Shown here in pieces: positions 10,303-19,668 of a DNA stretch of 64,000 bases. Position 1 is the first letter of the stretch, and each line of letters begins with the position of its first letter. The position numbers were made by a program, and so were the translations under genes. The notes beneath the pieces were generated by a model that was given only the letters and a program-made list of their open reading frames with translations, did not search any database and was not told the DNA's origin. Source of the stretch: Candidatus Latescibacterota bacterium (GTDB lineage Bacteria > Latescibacterota > UBA2968 > UBA8231); NCBI GenBank assembly GCA_965200315.1, contig OZ241362.1:1376001-1440000 (forward strand), written 5' to 3'.

Positions 10303-11169
10303 ATGAGCCTGACGCACGAGCGCCACGCCGAGCTAAAGCACTATGCCATCCAACTGCGCCGCCTAGTCGTCGAGTCGGTACACCACGCTGGAGCCGGCCA
10401 CTTGGGCGGCCCGATGTCCGCGGCCGAGTTGCTCATCGCCCTGTACTTCGCCGAGCTGAACATCGACCCGGCCCGGCCCCGCGACGCAGACCGCGACCGC
10501 TTCATCCTGTCTAAGGGGCACTCCTCAATCGGCCTCTACGCGGCCTTGGCCCTGCGCGGCTATTTGCCCATTGAGGAGCTCGCCACCTTTGACGCCATTG
10601 ACTCCCGCCTACAGGGCCACCCGGACATGAGCGTCCTCCCCGGCCTCGACATGTCCACCGGCTCGCTGGGCCAGGGCCTGTCGCCCGGCCTCGGCATGGC
10701 CCTCGCCGCCCGTCTGCAAGGGCGGGGCTTTCGCACTTGGGTGATGATCGGCGACGGCGACTCTCAGGAGGGGCAGATATGGGAGGCGGCCTTTGTCGCG
10801 GCGCGCTACGGGCTCGACAATCTCACGGCCATCCTCGACTGGAACGGGCTCCAGCAATACGGCTGGGCCACCCAAAAGGGCTACGGAGTACTCGACCGCT
10901 TGGCCGCGCAGGAAAACCCACTCAGCCGCTGGCGCGCCTTTGGCTGGAACGCCATCGAGGCCGACGGCCACGACTTTCCCGCCATTTTCTCAGCCTTTGC
11001 CGCAGCCAAGGCACACCGCGGCCAGCCCACCATCATCGTCGCCCGCACAGTCAAAGGCAAAGGAATCTCCTACATGGAAAACGACTTCAACTGGCACTCC
11101 AAGCCAGTGACCGACCAAGACCTCAAACAAGCGCAAGACGAACTCGCCGCGCAGGAGGCCGCCCTGTGA
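10303..11169 (+). CDS. Transketolase, N-terminal subunit
   Basis: DRFILSKGH, LQGHP, STGSLGQG, GDGDSQEG ThDP-binding motif. Confidence 0.95.
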   Translation: MSLTHERHAELKHYAIQLRRLVVESVHHAGAGHLGGPMSAAELLIALYFAELNIDPARPRDADRDRFILSKGHSSIGLYAALALRGYLPIEELATFDAIDSRLQGHPDMSVLPGLDMSTGSLGQGLSPGLGMALAARLQGRGFRTWVMIGDGDSQEGQIWEAAFVAARYGLDNLTAILDWNGLQQYGWATQKGYGVLDRLAAQENPLSRWRAFGWNAIEADGHDFPAIFSAFAAAKAHRGQPTIIVARTVKGKGISYMENDFNWHSKPVTDQDLKQAQDELAAQEAAL

Positions 11170-12113
11170 ACCTCTCCACCACCGGCGAGATGCTGGCCCA
11201 GCGCGATGCCTTCGGCGACGCGCTCATCGAACTCATTGACCGCGACCCGCGCGTGTACGTGCTCGATGGCGACTTGGCCAACTCGACTAAGGCCGACAAA
11301 GTCTCCCGCGAGCGGCCCGACCGCTTCCTCGAAATGGGCATTGCCGAGCAAAACATGATGGGCGTCGCCGCTGGCATGGCCACCTGCGGCCTCGTGCCGT
11401 GGCTGAGCAGCTTCGCCTGCTTCCTCGTCAACCGCGACCTCGACCAGCTCCGCGTCGTCGTCGCCCAGCCCAACCTGCCGGTCAAGCTCTGCGGTGCCTA
11501 CTCGGGCCTGTTGACCGGCAAGACCGGCAAAACCCATCAAGAAGTCGCCGACATCGCCGTCATGCGAGCCATGCCGAATATGACCGTCTTGGCCCCGGCC
11601 GACTCCGTAGAAGTCCGCGCCTGTATGCTAGTGGCCAACGACCTGCCCGGCCCCGTGTACGTGCGCATGACGCGCGATCCCGAACCAGTCATCTTTCCAG
11701 CCGATTACGAGTTTGAGCTAGGCCGCGCCCTTGTCGTGCGCGAGGGCACAGACGTCACCCTCATATCCACCGGAGCTCAAACCCCGCGCTGCCTCGCTGC
11801 GGCCGACGAATTGTCGTGCGAAGGAATCTCGGCGCTCGTCCTGCATGTACCGAGTCTCAAGCCGCTCGACGCAGACGCCATTGTCGCCGCGGCCGCGCAG
11901 ACGGGCTGCGTAGTAACGGCCGAAGACCACACCATCATCGGCGGCTTGGGCGGCTCAGTCGCTGAAGTGCTAGGCGAGCAGCGTCCCACGCCCATGCGGC
12001 GCGTCGGCATTCGCGACGTATTCGGCGAATCCGCACCCAACGAAGACTTGCTGCAAAAATACGGCTTGACCCCCGGGCACGTCGCGCAGGCGGCGCGGGC
12101 GCTGCTCTCTTGA
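11166..12113 (+). CDS. Transketolase, C-terminal subunit
   Basis: EMGIAEQNM, GKTHQ, EDHTIIGGLG; GTG overlaps the upstream TGA. Confidence 0.93.
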   Translation: MNLSTTGEMLAQRDAFGDALIELIDRDPRVYVLDGDLANSTKADKVSRERPDRFLEMGIAEQNMMGVAAGMATCGLVPWLSSFACFLVNRDLDQLRVVVAQPNLPVKLCGAYSGLLTGKTGKTHQEVADIAVMRAMPNMTVLAPADSVEVRACMLVANDLPGPVYVRMTRDPEPVIFPADYEFELGRALVVREGTDVTLISTGAQTPRCLAAADELSCEGISALVLHVPSLKPLDADAIVAAAAQTGCVVTAEDHTIIGGLGGSVAEVLGEQRPTPMRRVGIRDVFGESAPNEDLLQKYGLTPGHVAQAARALLS

Positions 12114-12245
12114 CCGTCGTATCCAAATATCCGTAATTAGATGACACTCATTTACCGCAACCGCTAGCCACAAGCTGCTGATGACGCGACATACTGGATT
12201 CACTTCAGAGTGTTTATCCACCAGTAGAAGCTCATACGAGCCATT

Positions 12246-12282
12246 AGAGTGCATCTTTATCTTTGATGCACTCTTTTTCTTT
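12246..12282 (+). terminator. Rho-independent terminator / possible attenuator
   Basis: AGAGTGCATC / GATGCACTCT 10-bp perfect stem plus T tract, about 30 nt before the next ATG. Confidence 0.8.
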
Positions 12283-12311
12283 GGCCGGTGCCATAGGAGA
12301 CGAGAGGCCGC

Positions 12312-13031
12312 ATGAAAGAGGGTTTGTTGCAACTGTTGAAGCTCCAAAAAGTCGATAAAAAGCTCTTTGACCTCGAAGAGGCGAAAAAAAAATATCCCGC
12401 TGAAATCGACCTGTGTCGCAGCAAGATAGCAGAAGCGTGGTCCCCCTTGGCCGCGCCAGAGGCCGATAGGGCGAAGTTTGAAAAAGAGCAGCGTCACTTA
12501 GAACGCGAGATCGAAAGTGCCAAAGCCACCCTGCGCGAGCGCGAGGCACGCTTTGCCGTAGTAACTACCAACAAGGAATACGAAGCCCTCCAAGTCGAGG
12601 TCGAGATTTGCAGAGAGAAAATTGCCGATCACGAGAAGAATTTGATCGAAGCTAGGAATAAGCTAGAGGACGCTCAGAAGAAGATCGAAGAGAAACAAGG
12701 TGGGTTTGAGGCGACCCGCGAGGTCGAGCAAAAGCGCATAGACGAGCTCGAAGGCCTGCTCGGCACCATGCAGGAGCAAATCGCCGAAGTCGTAGCGCAG
12801 CGGCAGGTGGTCGCCAAGGATGCCGAGAACATTAACACCCAATTGCTGCAGACGTACGAGCGCAAGAGGGGGCGGCGTGGCATTCGCATAGCAGCCGTGC
12901 GCAAAGAAGCTTGCGGCGCTTGCTACCACCAGATGCCCGCTCAAACTCGCAACGAGGTGCGCATCGGCAACCGCGTCATCTACTGCGAAAGTTGCGGCAC
13001 CATTATGGTCTGGGACGAGCAGTCGGTTTGA
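12312..13031 (+). CDS. Coiled-coil C4 zinc-ribbon protein (DUF164 / CT398 / HP0958 family)
   Basis: LQKVD start, long coiled coil, NKEYEALQxE, CGAC...CESCG. Confidence 0.92.
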   Translation: MKEGLLQLLKLQKVDKKLFDLEEAKKKYPAEIDLCRSKIAEAWSPLAAPEADRAKFEKEQRHLEREIESAKATLREREARFAVVTTNKEYEALQVEVEICREKIADHEKNLIEARNKLEDAQKKIEEKQGGFEATREVEQKRIDELEGLLGTMQEQIAEVVAQRQVVAKDAENINTQLLQTYERKRGRRGIRIAAVRKEACGACYHQMPAQTRNEVRIGNRVIYCESCGTIMVWDEQSV

Positions 13032-13035
13032 TTTT

Positions 13036-13411
13036 GGGAGCAGTAAGTCGGGCGGGCGCACTAGCAGTCCTCAGTGGCCGCTAGTGAGGAAAGTCCGAGC
13101 TCCACAGGACAGGATGCTGGGTAACGCCCAGGGGGGGCAACCCCACAGACAGTGCCACAGAAAACACACCGCCCAGCTTGCTGGGTAAGGTTGAAAAGGC
13201 GAGGTAAGAGCTCACCGCACCTGCGGCGACGCAGGTGGCACGGTAAACCTCATCCGGAGCAAGGCTAAGTAGGGGAAAAGAGGTGGTCCGCCTCGCTAGA
13301 TTCCCGGGTAAGCTGCACCGAGGCGGCCGGGCAACCGCCGCCCCAGATGAATGCCCGCACAGCGCACTTCAGGTGCGCGGACAGAACTCGGCTTATAGAC
13401 TTACTCCTCCC
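13036..13411 (+). ncRNA. rnpB: RNase P RNA, bacterial class A
   Basis: GAGGAAAGTCC, AGTGCCACAGAAAA, GGTAAACC...GGAGCAAG, ACAGAACTCGGCTTA conserved boxes; complementary 5' and 3' ends. Confidence 0.97.
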
Positions 13412-13462
13412 ACACCCGGGGCCTAGTGGCTCCGGGTGATTTTTCTGTTTTTGGAGAGCTAT

Positions 13463-14683
13463 ATGTTCCCTTTGATCGCCGCGCTGGTGTTGATTGCCGC
13501 ACGGCTTCCCGCCCAACAGCCCGAGCGCTATACAATCGAGCCGCTGGTCTCGCAGCTAGCCAAGGGCTATATCGACTGGAAGCAACACGTGCTCTTCGCC
13601 TATGGCGACGGCACCGCTCCCGCGGCCGTCTCCGACCCCGTGCAGCAGCGGCTCCACGGGTTGCGCAATGCCCGGGGCGCGGCCTTCCACAACATGCGCC
13701 AATTAATCGGCCAAGTCCGCCTCAACGCCGACACCCAACTGCAAGACGCTGGCCTTGATCGCGATTTTCAAGACCTCGTCCGCGTGGCCATTGGCTCGCA
13801 AAGCGAGGACCAAGGGCACTATAGCATCGCCGTGCGGCTGCTTCTGCTAGGGGATTTCGCGGCGGCGGTGCTGCCTCAAGTCGAGCCCATAGACCCCAGA
13901 TCGCACGCCCTGAGCCACTCAGATGATTCCCCCGCAGCCCCAACGACCCCGGATTCGCTAACAGCACCAGTTAGCACCGACTCGCTCGCAACGCCCGCTA
14001 CCACCGATTCGCTAACGACGCCCGCTACCACCGACTCGCTCGCAACGCCCGCTACCACCGATTCGCTAACGACGCCCGCTACCACCGACTCGCTCGCAAC
14101 GCCCGCTACCACCGATTCGCTAACGACGCCCGCCACCACCGACTCGCTGGCGGCAGACGAACTCGTGTTTTTCGTGCCCGACGCACCCTATACCGGCCTG
14201 CTCGTCGATGTCCGCGGCCTCGGGCTGCAACCGAGCATAGCGCCGCGAGTGCTCAGCGCGGCTGGGCACGTGATTCACGGCGCAGCCACCGTGGACCGCA
14301 GCCTCGCCACGGGCTACGGAGTTGTCGGCTATGACGACGACATCGCCCGCGCCTACAAAAGCGAACGGCTCGGTGGCGAGGAGGCCAACCCTCTTGTCGT
14401 CAGGGCCACAGGCACGGCCGGTCACTACTCGGGCGACGCCGTCCTCGACAACTTCGATGCCGTCCAAGTGCTGCAAGCCGACGAGGTCGGCGGCTTTTTG
14501 CGCCAAGGCCGGGTGACCTTCCTCCTCGGCCCTTCGGCTGAGCTCTGGTCGCAGCCCGAGCCAGCGGCCTTCGATGGTACCCATTTCGATTCTACCTATA
14601 CCGATTCTACTTTCATCTTAGAAGGAATGGAAAATGAATTTGAGCTTTACGGAGAAATGGAATCAGGCGATCCGCAGGAATGA
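13463..14683 (+). CDS. Secreted protein (LPP20-like) with internal Thr/Asp/Ser/Pro repeat linker
   Basis: Signal peptide; YTGLLVDVRGLGLQPSIAPRV...NPLVVRA C-terminal domain; 3' end overlaps pyrF by 50 nt. Confidence 0.7.
   Translation: MFPLIAALVLIAARLPAQQPERYTIEPLVSQLAKGYIDWKQHVLFAYGDGTAPAAVSDPVQQRLHGLRNARGAAFHNMRQLIGQVRLNADTQLQDAGLDRDFQDLVRVAIGSQSEDQGHYSIAVRLLLLGDFAAAVLPQVEPIDPRSHALSHSDDSPAAPTTPDSLTAPVSTDSLATPATTDSLTTPATTDSLATPATTDSLTTPATTDSLATPATTDSLTTPATTDSLAADELVFFVPDAPYTGLLVDVRGLGLQPSIAPRVLSAAGHVIHGAATVDRSLATGYGVVGYDDDIARAYKSERLGGEEANPLVVRATGTAGHYSGDAVLDNFDAVQVLQADEVGGFLRQGRVTFLLGPSAELWSQPEPAAFDGTHFDSTYTDSTFILEGMENEFELYGEMESGDPQE
13976..14148 (+). repeat. Coding tandem repeat: 54-bp period made of two alternating 27-bp units (TDSLATPAT / TDSLTTPAT), 3 copies plus partial
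   Basis: ACCGACTCGCTCGCAACGCCCGCTACC alternating with ACCGATTCGCTAACGACGCCCGCTACC. Confidence 0.95.
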
Positions 14684-15449
14684 CTCGCTGGTCTGCGTCG
14701 GGCTAGATACCGATCCCGATCAACTACCTGCCAGCGTCCGCGCCAAATCCGATCCCGTCCTCTACTTCAACCAGCAAATCATCGACGCCACCTGCGACCT
14801 CGTCGGCTGCTACAAGCCCAACTTCGCTTTCTACAACGCTCTCGGCGCGAGCGGCTTTGCCACGCTCAAAAGCACTCTCGACCACATTCCCGCAGACATC
14901 CCGGTGATCATCGACGCCAAAGTCGGCGACATAGGCAATGTGGCCGCACAATACGCCCGCGCCTTTTACGAGGTCCTCGGCGGCGATGCGCTGACGGTGA
15001 CTCCCTATATGGGCACCGACTGCGTCGCGCCCTTCGCCGCGTACCAAGATCGCACCACCTTTATCGTCTGCTTGACGTCCAACCCCGGTGCCGATGACTT
15101 TGAAAAACAGCGCCTGGGCGACCGGCCCCTGTACGAGCGCGTCATTGCCAAGGCCCACGAGTGGAACGCGGCCAACAACATCGGCTTAGTGGCCGGTGCA
15201 ACCCAACCCGAGCACTTGGCCCGCTTCCGCTCTCTAGCGCCGGATATGCCCTTGCTGATGCCCGGAGTCGGCGCACAAGGCGGCTCGGTGGAATTAGCGG
15301 TCAAAAACGGCTGCGACGCTCGCGGCGCAGGCATCCTCATCAATTCCTCGCGCGGCATCCTCTACGCCTCCCAAGACAGCGATTTCGCGGCTGCGGCCCG
15401 GCAGGCGACCCTAACCCTGCGCGACGCCATCAACGCTCACCGCCCTTGA
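14634..15449 (+). CDS. pyrF: Orotidine-5'-phosphate decarboxylase (subfamily 2)
   Basis: CVGLD, YKPNFAFY, DAKVGDIGN, PGVGAQGG, NSSRGI. Confidence 0.96.
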   Translation: MNLSFTEKWNQAIRRNDSLVCVGLDTDPDQLPASVRAKSDPVLYFNQQIIDATCDLVGCYKPNFAFYNALGASGFATLKSTLDHIPADIPVIIDAKVGDIGNVAAQYARAFYEVLGGDALTVTPYMGTDCVAPFAAYQDRTTFIVCLTSNPGADDFEKQRLGDRPLYERVIAKAHEWNAANNIGLVAGATQPEHLARFRSLAPDMPLLMPGVGAQGGSVELAVKNGCDARGAGILINSSRGILYASQDSDFAAAARQATLTLRDAINAHRP

Positions 15450-15497
15450 GCCGGTTATTGCCATCGCGCATAGCTATCTCTATTTTTTGCAGTGAGT

Positions 15498-15575
15498 CGG
15501 GGTGTGGCGCAGTCCGGTCAGCGCACCTGCTTTGGGAGCAGGATGTCGTCGGTTCAAATCCGACCACCCCGACCA
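15498..15575 (+). tRNA. tRNA-Pro (TGG)
   Basis: Cloverleaf CGGGGTG...CACCCCG-ACCA, anticodon arm CCTGC-TTTGGGA-GCAGG, T-loop GGTTCAAATCC. Confidence 0.97.
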
Positions 15576-15644
15576 CCACTTTCCCTCCAGCACCTTTCTC
15601 TTCGCACAGTGAAATTCGCACTTCCTTCACGGCAAGGATGAACA

Positions 15645-16982
15645 ATGGCACGAGAAATCAAGGCTTTGCTTGACGAGGAAATCGCCGCGTACGCAGCGCA
15701 CAATCCCCGCTCCCAAGCGCTGTTTGCGCGGGCTAAGCAATCGCTGCCGGGCGGCAACACACGCACTGGCGTCCACATTGACCCTTTTCCCCTATACGCC
15801 GACCGCGGCGAGGGCGCCTATCTCTACGACATCGACGGCCACCGCCGGATCGACTTCGTCAACAACAACACGGCCCTGCCCTTGGGCCACGCCCATCCCG
15901 CCATCGTCACTGCCTTACAGGAACAAATCGCCCGCGGCACGGGTTTTTCCCGGCCCCTCGCCCTCGAAGTAGAAATGGCCGAGGTGCTCCGCGCGCGCAT
16001 GCCCGCGCTGGAGAAAGTGCGCTTTTGCTCCTCGGGCACCGAGGCCGTACTCAACGCCCTGCGCGTGGCGCGGGCGCATACCGGGCGCACCAAGGTCGCC
16101 AAGTTTGAAGGAGCCTATCACGGTATCGACGACAGCGCGCTAGTGAGCTACTTACCGCCACTGGGACCGGAACTGGGGCCAGCTAGTAAGCCGCAGGGGG
16201 TGGCTTCTTCGGCCGGGCTGATGGCCCACACCCTCGACGAGGTGGTAGTGCTGCCGTTCAACGACGCGGCGGCCTGCGCCGAGATTATCGGCGACAACGC
16301 CCAAGACCTAGCCGCCGTGATCGTGGATCCGCTCTCCACGGCCGCCGGGCTGGCGCTGCCAGAGGCCGGTTTTTTGTCGAGCCTGCGCGAGGCGACCACC
16401 CGCGCTGATGCCCTGCTGATCTTCGACGAAATCGTCAGCTTCCGCTTCGGCCCGGGCGGGACGCATACGGCCTATCAAGTGCGGCCCGATCTGGTCTGTT
16501 TGGGCAAGGTGATCGCCGGTGGAACGCCCGGCGCAGCTTTCGGCGGCCGCGCCGACGCCATGGACCTATACGATCCAGCCGACGGGCCGCAGATCCAACA
16601 GTCCGGGACCTTCAACGCCAATCCCTTCGCCCTAGCCGCTGGCTTGCAGACCCTCCAAGCGCTGACCCCGGAGGCCTACGAGCAGATGGAAGGGCTGGCG
16701 CGTCGAGCGGCTGCGGGGTTACAGGCCGCGTTTGGCGAGGTTGGGGTCGCCGTGCAGGTGGTCGTGGCCGGGTCCATATTCCGGCTGTACTTCCTCGAAC
16801 AGCCGCCGCGCAACTTCCGCGCAGCAGCGCAGGACGACGTGCAGATGCACCGCTGGTTATTCTTCGCGCTGCTCAACAAGGGGCTGTACACGCGGACGGG
16901 CGGCAACGCATCGCTGGCGACCGAGACTCACCACATCGACGCGCTGGTGCAGGGAGTGCGCGAGGTAGTGCAAGTGCTGTAA
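15645..16982 (+). CDS. Class III aminotransferase (glutamate-1-semialdehyde aminomutase-like)
   Basis: SSGTEA, KFEGAYHG, LIFDEI, LGKVIAGG, SGTFNANP. Confidence 0.9.
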   Translation: MAREIKALLDEEIAAYAAHNPRSQALFARAKQSLPGGNTRTGVHIDPFPLYADRGEGAYLYDIDGHRRIDFVNNNTALPLGHAHPAIVTALQEQIARGTGFSRPLALEVEMAEVLRARMPALEKVRFCSSGTEAVLNALRVARAHTGRTKVAKFEGAYHGIDDSALVSYLPPLGPELGPASKPQGVASSAGLMAHTLDEVVVLPFNDAAACAEIIGDNAQDLAAVIVDPLSTAAGLALPEAGFLSSLREATTRADALLIFDEIVSFRFGPGGTHTAYQVRPDLVCLGKVIAGGTPGAAFGGRADAMDLYDPADGPQIQQSGTFNANPFALAAGLQTLQALTPEAYEQMEGLARRAAAGLQAAFGEVGVAVQVVVAGSIFRLYFLEQPPRNFRAAAQDDVQMHRWLFFALLNKGLYTRTGGNASLATETHHIDALVQGVREVVQVL

Positions 16983-16990
16983 CGTCCCGC

Positions 16991-17347
16991 ATGACCACTA
17001 GCGCATGGCGACGTACCCTCCTGTGGAGTCTGTCCCTGAGCATGATTTGCTGCGGGGGCTGGGGCCGCCAACCCCCGCCCGCAGACCCGTCGCTCACGGC
17101 CACGGCGACAGCCCCCTACGCTTACTACTGCGCCGACTGCCATGGACCCGCCATGGACGGCGGCATGGCTAGCAGCTTAATCGACGGCCGCTGGGAGTAC
17201 GGCGCAAGCGACGCGGCCATCTTCGCAAGCATTGCCGTAGGGATTCCCGAAGACGGCATGCCCGGGTTTGGCGCAGTGATGGACACAGCCCAAATCGACG
17301 CGTTGGTGCGCCTGATGCGGGAAGCCGAGCGCACGCAATCCCATTAA
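16991..17347 (+). CDS. Monoheme cytochrome c
   Basis: Signal peptide, CADCH heme motif, GMPGF distal Met. Confidence 0.85.
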   Translation: MTTSAWRRTLLWSLSLSMICCGGWGRQPPPADPSLTATATAPYAYYCADCHGPAMDGGMASSLIDGRWEYGASDAAIFASIAVGIPEDGMPGFGAVMDTAQIDALVRLMREAERTQSH

Positions 17348-17620
17348 TCCCGACTGATTCCCCCCGGAGGAGGGTCGCGCCGCCAGCCGCTGCGGATACA
17401 GGGCGTTTTTGCGTGAATGTAGCCTACTACCTACTAGTGTTGGGATCTTTTCGGCAGTGTATTTATTTTCGTATGCTACACGCCCGATACTTGACGATAT
17501 AGGATCGGGCGCTACCGAGTATTCTACACTGTGGACCGGTCCGTATTGATGGTCGAGGCGCGGAAGGACGCCTACAAGTAGGTCAGCAGTTTCCTAACCA
17601 CTATCGTTATGAGAATAAAT

Positions 17621-18748
17621 ATGAAGTTCTGCTTCTGGTTGCTTTGTCTCCTCGCTGTTGCAGGAGACGCGGCAGCCCAACAGATCGTACAATCCGAGGA
17701 ACACACCTTTCGCGTCGAGACCTTCGCCACCGGCTTGGGCGTGCCGTGGGGCCTTGCTTTTCTGCCCGATGGACGCTTGTTGGTCACCGAGCGCGAGGGA
17801 CGGCTGCGCATTGTCGGCACCGACGGCGCGGTCTCGCCGCCCATCGACGGCGTACCCAAGGTGCTCGCCAAGGGACAGGGCGGGCTGATGGACGTGGCCT
17901 TGCACCCCCAGTACGCGGAGACCGGCTGGATTTACCTCAGTTACTCGGATCCGCTGCCCGGGCCATTGGGCGGCATGCTGAGCTACACGGCCATCAGCCG
18001 CGGACGACTGCAAGACGCGGGGTTGGTCGATGTAGAAGTAGTTCATCGCGTCCCAGATCAGTTCTACACTCGGCACTCCCACCACTACGGCTCGCGCATC
18101 GTCTTCGACCGCGAGGGCTACCTGTACTTGGCAATCGGTGACCGCGGCCAGCGGCCCCTCGCCCAGAGCGTCAAGCTGCCCAACGGCAAGATCCACCGCT
18201 TGCACGACAACGGCGGCGTTCCCTCCGACAACCCTTTTGTCGGGCGCGACGGAGCCATAGCGTCAATCTGGTCTTACGGCCATCGCAATCCCCAAGGAAT
18301 GGCCATGCACCCAGAGACCGACCAATTGTGGGCAGCCGAGCACGGCCCCAAAGGCGGCGACGAGCTCAACCTCGTGCAGCGCGGCCTAAACTACGGCTGG
18401 CCAGCCATCACCTACGGCATCAACTACGATGGCACCCCCATTACCGACCAAACTCACGCCGAGGGCATGGAGCAGCCGCAGACCTATTGGGTGCCGTCGA
18501 TAGCGGTCTGCGGCATTGACTTTTACACCGGCGAACAGTTCGGCAATTGGCAAAACGATCTACTGGTGACCTCGCTGCGCTTCAACCGCCTGCATCGTCT
18601 GCGCTTGTCGGACTCAGAAGTGATACACGAGGAGGTCGTTTACCAAGGCGAATCGCGGATGCGCGACGTACAGACCGGACCGGATGGGGCAGTCTATCTC
18701 GCGGTAGAAGACCAAGGGCGGATTTTGCGGCTGGTGCCGATGGAGTAA
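17621..18748 (+). CDS. PQQ-dependent sugar dehydrogenase (GSDH / YliI family)
   Basis: PWGLAFLPDG, GQGGLMDV, SYGHRNPQG, EHGPKGGDELN, NYGWP. Confidence 0.93.
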   Translation: MKFCFWLLCLLAVAGDAAAQQIVQSEEHTFRVETFATGLGVPWGLAFLPDGRLLVTEREGRLRIVGTDGAVSPPIDGVPKVLAKGQGGLMDVALHPQYAETGWIYLSYSDPLPGPLGGMLSYTAISRGRLQDAGLVDVEVVHRVPDQFYTRHSHHYGSRIVFDREGYLYLAIGDRGQRPLAQSVKLPNGKIHRLHDNGGVPSDNPFVGRDGAIASIWSYGHRNPQGMAMHPETDQLWAAEHGPKGGDELNLVQRGLNYGWPAITYGINYDGTPITDQTHAEGMEQPQTYWVPSIAVCGIDFYTGEQFGNWQNDLLVTSLRFNRLHRLRLSDSEVIHEEVVYQGESRMRDVQTGPDGAVYLAVEDQGRILRLVPME

Positions 18749-18819
18749 GGACGGTGAGACGGAGATAGTCCACTCACGGCGTATTATGTTCCTTATTATA
18801 TGGACAAGGACCGAGATAG

Positions 18820-19665
18820 ATGGACCACATCCAAATTATCGAGCAAGTTTACAACGCACTCTCAGGGAAGATTATCCAAGGCAGGATCCCAATTTCTCTT
18901 CGAGCACCTGCCTTAGTCGGCACAGTCCAAGACGACCCATTCGACTGCTGGATTGCGGCTACGATCAGAGACGCGCTTCCAGATATCGAAGTATTCCACT
19001 CAGGAAAACTGACTACCCCAGATCTCGTGTTGAGATACAAGACTGCCAACTCACTGCTCGGTATCGAGGTCAAAAAGCTCATCCAAAAGAAGGACGGCAA
19101 AGACCCACGAGGTCTTACCATCGACTACAATAGCTGTCTTCCCTGTGGGAAAGCCCTTGTGAAGATCGGCGAGAACACTGTCGAGGTGCCTTGCTTTTAT
19201 TTTTTTGCACTTCTCAGTCCCAATAGTTCTTCAATGGTCACAACAATCCTAATGGACGGAGACTTCCTCAACTACGATTTTGATCTTCACAAGGACGCAA
19301 AGTATGCAAACCAAGGCGAGTATAACCATGGTCCATACGGAGAAGGCTCCGTCCGCCACCGCAAGATGTACACTTACCCAAATCCACTCAACTACAAGCT
19401 GAGCTTTTTTTATTTGCGCCACCTTCTAATCTTGAAACAACACGACCTTCCATCTATTGCGACGCGAAGAGTCTCCTGCACGGACTTGATTATCCGCGAT
19501 GACAAGTATGAGAATTCTTTTCGCTACATCGTGATCGATGCTACAAAGAACAGAGCGAAGCCGTTGTCGCTCGATGAGCTACCTGTGCAGCGAGACGTTT
19601 TTAAGATGTGCAAAGCACGGAGGCCGAAGGAGCGAATCGCCTCCATGCCGCAGCTCCCGGAGTAA
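18820..19665 (+). CDS. Putative type II restriction endonuclease
   Basis: TPDLVL...GIEVKK PD-(D/E)XK motif; lower GC; 3 nt upstream of a DNA methylase. Confidence 0.7.
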   Translation: MDHIQIIEQVYNALSGKIIQGRIPISLRAPALVGTVQDDPFDCWIAATIRDALPDIEVFHSGKLTTPDLVLRYKTANSLLGIEVKKLIQKKDGKDPRGLTIDYNSCLPCGKALVKIGENTVEVPCFYFFALLSPNSSSMVTTILMDGDFLNYDFDLHKDAKYANQGEYNHGPYGEGSVRHRKMYTYPNPLNYKLSFFYLRHLLILKQHDLPSIATRRVSCTDLIIRDDKYENSFRYIVIDATKNRAKPLSLDELPVQRDVFKMCKARRPKERIASMPQLPE

Positions 19666-19668
19666 AGG

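Noticed and set aside
12145-12190. Fluoride-riboswitch-like words (GATG...AACCGC...GCTGATGAC)
   Set aside because: Required P1 and pseudoknot complementarity are absent, and the downstream gene is not fluoride-related
13976-14148. Possible CRISPR array
   Set aside because: Contiguous in-frame coding repeats with no unique spacers and no cas genes in the window
15498-15575. tRNA-Pro as an island integration site
   Set aside because: No duplicated tRNA 3' end or integrase seen; downstream genes have host-like composition
17481-17511. Hairpin CGCCCGAT/ATCGGGCG enclosing TTGACG; possible purine riboswitch or promoter
   Set aside because: No three-way junction consensus; -35/-10 spacing is wrong
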